Below, piece after piece: positions 59,119 to 64,000 of a DNA stretch of 64,000 nucleotides (its first letter is position 1; each line of letters opens with the position of its first letter). This DNA comes from a virus. The notes below the pieces were generated by a model. It did no database searches, had not been told where the DNA came from, and was given only the letters and a program-made list of their open reading frames with translations. The position numbers and the translations under genes were made by a program. The stretch covers positions 1 through 64,000 of the IMG/VR virus record IMGVR_UViG_3300025543_000013, one strand, 5' to 3'.

Positions 59119-59892
59119 ATGGCTAAATTAAAAAAATTAATCAAAGAAAACTTCTCATTAGTCGGTGGGGTAGTTTCAACACCAGCAATAGGTGGTGGGT
59201 ATACTTCTTTATCAAGAATCGTTAAAGAAAAATATGGTGAAACACCAACACAAAAGATTACTTCTAAACAAGTAGCAGAAGCATTGAGAAATTATAATCA
59301 AATTGGTAAATCACTTTATCAACAACAATCATTAAAAGAAACTGCAAAAAGATTATCATCAATCGCAGAAATGGCAGCTTCTCACACATTACAAGAAACA
59401 GAAGATTGGTTTGATAAAGTTACGGTTTCTCGTAATATGAAAGAATTAACCAATCACTCAAAAGCATTTTCAAAAATAGCAGAAGAAGCATCATCCGTTC
59501 AACAAAGATTAGCCAGTTTGTATGAAGATATGGGTATGATTCTAAATCGTTATTATGATATTCCAGAAAGTGAAGAAAAGGATAAAGAAGAATACGGAAG
59601 TAATACAATTGAAGAAGGTGATTATGAAGAATTCTTCCAATCAGCAATGAAAAAATTTGGTGTATCTTCACCTGATGATTTTAAAACTGATGAAGAAAAG
59701 AAAAAGTTCTTCAATTATGTTGATAAAAATTATCAAGCAAAATCAGAAGGCAAAGTATATGAAGGTGGGCCAGGAAGTGGTAGACCAGGTGGTAAGATGC
59801 CACAACCAAGTGATTTCGGTGGAAATATGGATAAATACTTTGATGCGTTAAACAAAAGAATGGCTGACGACGAAAAAAGAAAGAAAAAATAA
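59119..59892 (+). CDS. Putative prohead core/internal protein with MAKLKKLIKE leader
   Basis: Helical core, then IEE|GDYEEFF...KKFG..SP...KKKFFNYVD and YE|GGPGSG modules. Confidence 0.65.
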   Translation: MAKLKKLIKENFSLVGGVVSTPAIGGGYTSLSRIVKEKYGETPTQKITSKQVAEALRNYNQIGKSLYQQQSLKETAKRLSSIAEMAASHTLQETEDWFDKVTVSRNMKELTNHSKAFSKIAEEASSVQQRLASLYEDMGMILNRYYDIPESEEKDKEEYGSNTIEEGDYEEFFQSAMKKFGVSSPDDFKTDEEKKKFFNYVDKNYQAKSEGKVYEGGPGSGRPGGKMPQPSDFGGNMDKYFDALNKRMADDEKRKKK

Positions 59893-60158
59893 TGAAACTT
59901 AAAAAACTATTAAACGAAAATCTTTGGAACGAAAGAAAGTTTGGTGAGTCATTACCAACACTTGAAGACACTACCAAAGCATATAAATTAAAACAAGAAC
60001 AAGAAATCAACGAAGAACCAATCGTTGAAAACAATTCATCACTTAAAGCAAAAATGATTCGACATATACAAGATATGGTAAAATATAGTGATAGACTTGG
60101 TAGTGATGAAATTGATGAATTAAAAGAATTGTTAAAATTAGTGCAACAAATCAGATAA
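59892..60158 (+). CDS. Small protein with MKLKKLLNE leader
   Basis: TAATG coupling; shared leader. Confidence 0.6.
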   Translation: MKLKKLLNENLWNERKFGESLPTLEDTTKAYKLKQEQEINEEPIVENNSSLKAKMIRHIQDMVKYSDRLGSDEIDELKELLKLVQQIR

Positions 60159-60175
60159 CAGAAAGAGAGTAAAGG

Positions 60176-60376
60176 TTGTTAAAAGTAGAGATTCGTAAGG
60201 GTCAATCAGTAGAAAAAGCACTTAAAATATTCAAACGAAAAGTCAAAGACTCAGGTATTATGTTTGAATTAAAAGAGCGTTCTTTTTATAAAAAGCCATC
60301 GGCAATCAAAAGAGAACAAAAAAACAAAACAAAACTGAGAGCCAAATACGAAAAATTAAAAAATCAAGAAGATTAA
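60176..60376 (+). CDS. rpsU: Ribosomal protein bS21
   Basis: VEIRKGQSVEKALKIFKRKV..SGI..ELKER.FY.KPS..KR; TTG start. Confidence 0.9.
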   Translation: MLKVEIRKGQSVEKALKIFKRKVKDSGIMFELKERSFYKKPSAIKREQKNKTKLRAKYEKLKNQED

Positions 60377-60382
60377 AAAATA

Positions 60383-60404
60383 CACACTTTGTGTGAATTT
60401 TTTT
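60383..60404 (+). terminator. Weak intrinsic terminator after rpsU
   Basis: CACAC-TTT-GTGTG hairpin followed by AATTTTTTT. Confidence 0.45.
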
Positions 60405-60413
60405 CAGTTTTGT

Positions 60414-60423
60414 TATATTTATT
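60414..60423 (+). promoter_or_regulatory. Candidate late promoter TATATTTATT for scaffold and capsid genes
   Basis: Recurring intergenic motif. Confidence 0.6.
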
Positions 60424-60532
60424 ATTACGAAACTAAATACACTATCGTACATTCGTACATCATATAGTGTAATCTATTAAAACTATATTATAGTTCCTAA
60501 TAACTATATTGAATCCAAACGGAGATTATAAA

Positions 60533-61684
60533 ATGGATGATTTACTAAGAGAAGCTATTGCAGATGCTAAAGCAGTTCGTGAAACCGCACTTGCAAATGC
60601 TAAAATAGCACTTGAAGAAGCATTCACACCACGTTTGCAATCTATGTTGTCTAAGAAAATCGCAGCAGAAGCAGAAGAAATGGACGCAGAAGAAGAAATG
60701 GACGCAGAAGAAGAAATGGACGCTGAAGAAGAAATGGACGCTGAAGAAATGAGAGATGCTGAAGAAATGAGAGATGCTGAAGAAATGGACGCAGAAGAAT
60801 CTGAACACGAAATGTCAGAAGAAGAAGATGCAGAAGAATCTGAACACGAAGAAATGCGTGAAGAAGAAGACGCTGAAGAATCTGATGATGAAATGAGAGA
60901 ATCAGAAGACGCTGAAGAAGAAGACTCAGTTGAAGAAGCAGAAGATGCAGAAGAAGAAGATGAACTTGATTTAGAATCAGTTCTTCGTGAATTAGAAGCA
61001 GACTTAGATGATGAAGACAATGTTGAAGAAGCAGAAGATACTGAAGAAGAAGATACTATGGATGAAAATGATGTATCATCTGATATCGGTGACGCTGACA
61101 ACAAAGTCAATCCAGAAGCAAATGATTCTTCAAAAACAGGTGCACCAGGTCCAGAAGGCGAAGGTTCAGATAAGAAAGCAGGTGATGAACTTGGCGACCA
61201 CGAAACAGTGGACGACTTAACTGAAGCAGAAGATACCGAAGAAGGTGACTTAGACTTAGACGAAGTTCTAAGAGCACTTACTGAAGAAGAAGATGCAGAA
61301 GAAGAAGCAGAGAAGGTGGAAGCACTTCAAAAAGAAATCAAAGAGTATCGTAAAGTAATTAACTTTATGAGAAGAAACTTAAACGAAGTTAATCTCTTGA
61401 ATGCTAAATTATTGTTCTCAAACAAACTATTTAGAGCATTTGGACTTAACAACAACCAAAAATTAAAAGTTGTTGAAACATTTGACAGAACTACAAACTT
61501 AAGAGAAGTTAAATTGGTTTACGCTACATTAGCAGAATCATTTAAAAGACCTACAAGTAAAATAGTTGAGTCAAAAGGTTCAAGTTCTAAAGCAGTTCGT
61601 TCTACAAAACCAGCAAAACAAGAAGTTTTGTCAGAGGGAGCAGAATTAAGAAATAGATTCAAGAAATTAGCAAACATACTTTAA
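60533..61684 (+). CDS. Prohead scaffolding/core protein (gp22 position)
   Basis: Very acidic middle, coiled-coil ends, directly upstream of the capsid gene; ATG at 60533 after GGAG. Confidence 0.8.
   Translation: MDDLLREAIADAKAVRETALANAKIALEEAFTPRLQSMLSKKIAAEAEEMDAEEEMDAEEEMDAEEEMDAEEMRDAEEMRDAEEMDAEESEHEMSEEEDAEESEHEEMREEEDAEESDDEMRESEDAEEEDSVEEAEDAEEEDELDLESVLRELEADLDDEDNVEEAEDTEEEDTMDENDVSSDIGDADNKVNPEANDSSKTGAPGPEGEGSDKKAGDELGDHETVDDLTEAEDTEEGDLDLDEVLRALTEEEDAEEEAEKVEALQKEIKEYRKVINFMRRNLNEVNLLNAKLLFSNKLFRAFGLNNNQKLKVVETFDRTTNLREVKLVYATLAESFKRPTSKIVESKGSSSKAVRSTKPAKQEVLSEGAELRNRFKKLANIL
60671..60800 (+). repeat. Coding ~18-nt tandem repeat (AEEEMD/AEEMRD)
   Basis: GAAGAAGAAATGGACGCW and GAAGAAATGAGAGATGCT units, degenerating downstream. 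Confidence 0.9.
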
Positions 61685-61700
61685 TTAGGAGACTAAAAAA

Positions 61701-63350
61701 ATGAGCAAATTAGGCGCAATTGAGAAATTGATGGACGGATATAATCCGCAAAGACAATTGCTTGAGCAAACTCGTAAATTAGTCAAGAAATGGGAACCAA
61801 CAGGTCTTTTAGAAGGTCTTAACGACGAAACTAAAAGACACGGAATGGCAGTTCTTCTTGAAAACCAAGCTTCACAGCTTATTCAAGAAGCTTCCGTAAC
61901 AGGAACATCTGCAAATTCTGAAGAATGGTCAGGTGTAGCATTACCATTAGTTCGTAGAATTTTTGGTGAGTTAGCAGCACAAGACTTTGTGTCAGTTCAA
62001 CCTATGAACTTACCATCAGGTCTTATTTTCTATCTTGACTTTAAATACGGAACAGCACAAACAGGCCTTCACACACAAAATTCTGATGTATATGGTAATA
62101 CTTCAGGTTCAGGTGACGCAAGTGGCGGTCTATATGGAGCAGGTAAATTCGGCTATACAATCAACGACAAATCTTCATCAGTATTGACAATTGGAGCTAC
62201 AGCTAACGCATCAGCGTTCAGCACAGGTTCAGTTGACTGGGAAGACGTAGATTACGAAGGTGATTTATCAGCATCTCAAGCTATTGCAGATAGTGCAGAC
62301 AATGCACTTATTAAAGTTGTCGTTGCAGACGCAGCAATCTCAGGTCTTGACAAGGACGGAGTTAGAGCATTCTCTATCTCAGGTTCTGGTTTTGACGAGT
62401 TCTTCCCTGCATACACAAAATACAGTACAACAAACTCTACAACTACATTTATTGTAAGAAAATCTGGAGTTGGTTCACTAATTAACGCAGTTGTTACATA
62501 TCACAAACAACCAACAACTGATTACAGCAGAACTGATTTTGAAACAGATTCAAACAGCATTAATGCAAACCCAGAAGCAGATATTGACATACCAGAACTT
62601 GATATCGCATTAAAGAGTATTCCAATCATTGCGAAAACTCGTAAGTTAAAAGCAGTCTGGACACCAGAACTTGCACAAGACTTAAATGCATATCACTCAG
62701 TTGATGCAGAAGCAGAATTAACATCTCTACTTTCTGAGTACATTTCTATGGAAATTGACTTAGAAATCTTAGATATGTTGATGTCAAACGCTTCAGCAAA
62801 AACAGAATATTGGTCAGCAAGAGTTGGATACGAGCATGACGCTACAAACAACACTTTTGCACAATCTTCAGGTGAGTCAAATGCTTACACCAAAGGTACT
62901 TGGTTCCAAACACTTGGTAACAAGATACAAGCAGTTTCTAATGCAATTCATCAAAAAACTCTAAGAGGAGGTGCAAACTTCTTAGTTGTTTCACCAGAAA
63001 CAGCAACAATCATAGAGTCAATTCCTGGATATGCAGCAGACACAACAGGTGATGCTTCATCAAATCAATTTGCAATGGGTGTACAAAAAGTTGGTGCATT
63101 AAACAACAGATACACTGTTTATAAGAACCCTTATATGTTAGAAAATCAAATCCTTGTTGGATTTAGAGGTGCTAACTTCTTAGAAACAGGTGCGGTTTAT
63201 GCTCCATATGTACCACTCATTATGACACCATTAGTGTACGACCCGAAAAACTTTACACCAAGAAAGGGTGTAATGACTCGTTACGCTAAGAAGATGGTTA
63301 GAAGCGAATTCTACGGTAAAGTTATCGTATCAGACGTTTCTTATGTCTAA
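61701..63350 (+). CDS. Major capsid protein (T4 gp23-like)
   Basis: LLENQ, LPLVRR, VQPMNLPSGLIF, AKTRKLKAVWTPELAQDL, DAEAEL, YAPYVPL, MTRY. Confidence 0.97.
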   Translation: MSKLGAIEKLMDGYNPQRQLLEQTRKLVKKWEPTGLLEGLNDETKRHGMAVLLENQASQLIQEASVTGTSANSEEWSGVALPLVRRIFGELAAQDFVSVQPMNLPSGLIFYLDFKYGTAQTGLHTQNSDVYGNTSGSGDASGGLYGAGKFGYTINDKSSSVLTIGATANASAFSTGSVDWEDVDYEGDLSASQAIADSADNALIKVVVADAAISGLDKDGVRAFSISGSGFDEFFPAYTKYSTTNSTTTFIVRKSGVGSLINAVVTYHKQPTTDYSRTDFETDSNSINANPEADIDIPELDIALKSIPIIAKTRKLKAVWTPELAQDLNAYHSVDAEAELTSLLSEYISMEIDLEILDMLMSNASAKTEYWSARVGYEHDATNNTFAQSSGESNAYTKGTWFQTLGNKIQAVSNAIHQKTLRGGANFLVVSPETATIIESIPGYAADTTGDASSNQFAMGVQKVGALNNRYTVYKNPYMLENQILVGFRGANFLETGAVYAPYVPLIMTPLVYDPKNFTPRKGVMTRYAKKMVRSEFYGKVIVSDVSYV

Positions 63351-63411
63351 TGTTAATTGAGAAGACATATTGACTAATTGATATTTAATAATATTAATTG
63401 ACTAATAAGAG

Positions 63412-63437
63412 AAAACCCCGATTCGTCGGGGTTTTTT
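63412..63437 (+). terminator. Strong, probably bidirectional intrinsic terminator
   Basis: AAAACCCCGA-TTCG-TCGGGGTTTT then TT; UUCG loop. Confidence 0.9.
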
Positions 63438-63476
63438 CGTATATTAAGTGTTTTCAATAACCAAAGAAGACATTAT

Positions 63477-63505
63477 AATATACAAACAAAAAATGAAAAA
63501 GTCAA
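63477..63505 (-). promoter_or_regulatory. Sigma70-type promoter TTGACT-N17-TATATT on the minus strand
   Basis: Near-consensus hexamers with 17-nt spacer; no ORF downstream. Confidence 0.45.
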
Positions 63506-63532
63506 GGGTTTTTCTCAAAAACTTTCAAAATT

Positions 63533-63542
63533 GATATTTATT
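63533..63542 (+). promoter_or_regulatory. Candidate late promoter GATATTTATT
   Basis: Recurring motif upstream of the neck gene. Confidence 0.55.
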
Positions 63543-63576
63543 AATGTATACAAATTACTATTAATAGGAGAATTTA

Positions 63577-64000
63577 ATGGCTCAAGAACCAATATGGCCA
63601 GGGTCTGGTTCCGCAGTAAGTGGTTCCACACCATTTGGGTTATTTGATACTGATTCAGAATTCCAAACAGAAGCACCACAAGTTGCAACTTGGTGTGCCA
63701 GAAGATTGGGATATCCAATCGTTGATATCGAATTACAAGACACACAATTTTACGCTTGTTTTGAAGAAGCTATATCAGAATATAGTGCCCAAGTAAACCA
63801 ATTCAATATTCGTGATAACTTATTAAGTTTAAGAGGACAATCCACAGGTTCAAACTTTACACACAAAAGAATTACACCAACTTTATCTGAAATCATTTAT
63901 ATTTCTGAAGAATATGGAACAGAAGCACAAGTAGGTGGAACCGTAGATTACAAAAGAAAGAAAGTCAATATACATTCAGGTAGTCAAGTGTATGATTTGA
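63577..64000 (+). CDS. Neck protein (T4 gp13-like), 3' truncated by the window; absent from the ORF track
   Basis: AGGAG RBS; MAQEPIWPGS...WCARRLGYPIVDIELQDTQFYACFEEAISEY resembles the gp13 N-terminal LRRLG.P...VE motif. Confidence 0.75.
   Translation, partial: MAQEPIWPGSGSAVSGSTPFGLFDTDSEFQTEAPQVATWCARRLGYPIVDIELQDTQFYACFEEAISEYSAQVNQFNIRDNLLSLRGQSTGSNFTHKRITPTLSEIIYISEEYGTEAQVGGTVDYKRKKVNIHSGSQVYDL

Noticed and set aside
60671-60800. Repeats as a CRISPR array
   Set aside because: No unique spacers; in-frame coding tandem repeat
60526-61110. 194-aa Ser-rich minus-strand ORF
   Set aside because: Antisense shadow of the GAA-rich scaffold repeats
63369-63406. ATTGACTAAT direct repeat after the capsid gene
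   Set aside because: Only two 10-nt copies in very AT-rich DNA, with no other support
63515-63745. Minus-strand 76-aa ORF
   Set aside because: Antisense to the gp13-like neck gene starting at 63577
1-64000. Stop-codon recoding; tRNA or rRNA genes
   Set aside because: TAA, TAG and TGA all end genes at coupled junctions and core genes are intact; no cloverleaf or rRNA-like sequence seen in the few gaps

Overview
64 kb from a large, AT-rich, T4-like (myovirus-type) phage. It uses the standard genetic code and codes almost entirely on the + strand. Gene order: 3' part of a gp46/SbcC ATPase; one minus-strand ribbon-helix-helix gene; a ~2,650 aa repeat-rich tail fibre ending in a peptidase S74 chaperone; two tail-tip proteins, one with a Hint domain; a ~27 kb glycan synthesis/modification island (GT4, GT2, two GT7 with an inserted LamG domain, five GT10-like and five SGNH-like paralogues, two radical SAM enzymes, RmlC, three NDP-sugar SDRs, a split TPP enzyme, two Fe/2OG oxygenases); then a head module (kinase, GH108 lysozyme, TerL, portal, prohead protease, bS21, scaffold, major capsid protein, start of a neck protein). 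The best candidate for an undescribed system is a probable capsid-cargo system. About eight unrelated proteins share an N-terminal MIKLxxILxE leader. Several large ORFs are strings of unrelated modules joined at (L/I/V)-x-E linkers matching T4-type prohead protease specificity. In one of them the cut would expose the catalytic N-terminal Cys of an Ntn hydrolase. Other notable items: a candidate late promoter (ATATTTAT) that reads as the reverse complement of the T4 late promoter, and a GC-rich structured leader before rmlC. All family calls are from motif recognition by eye; no searches were run.
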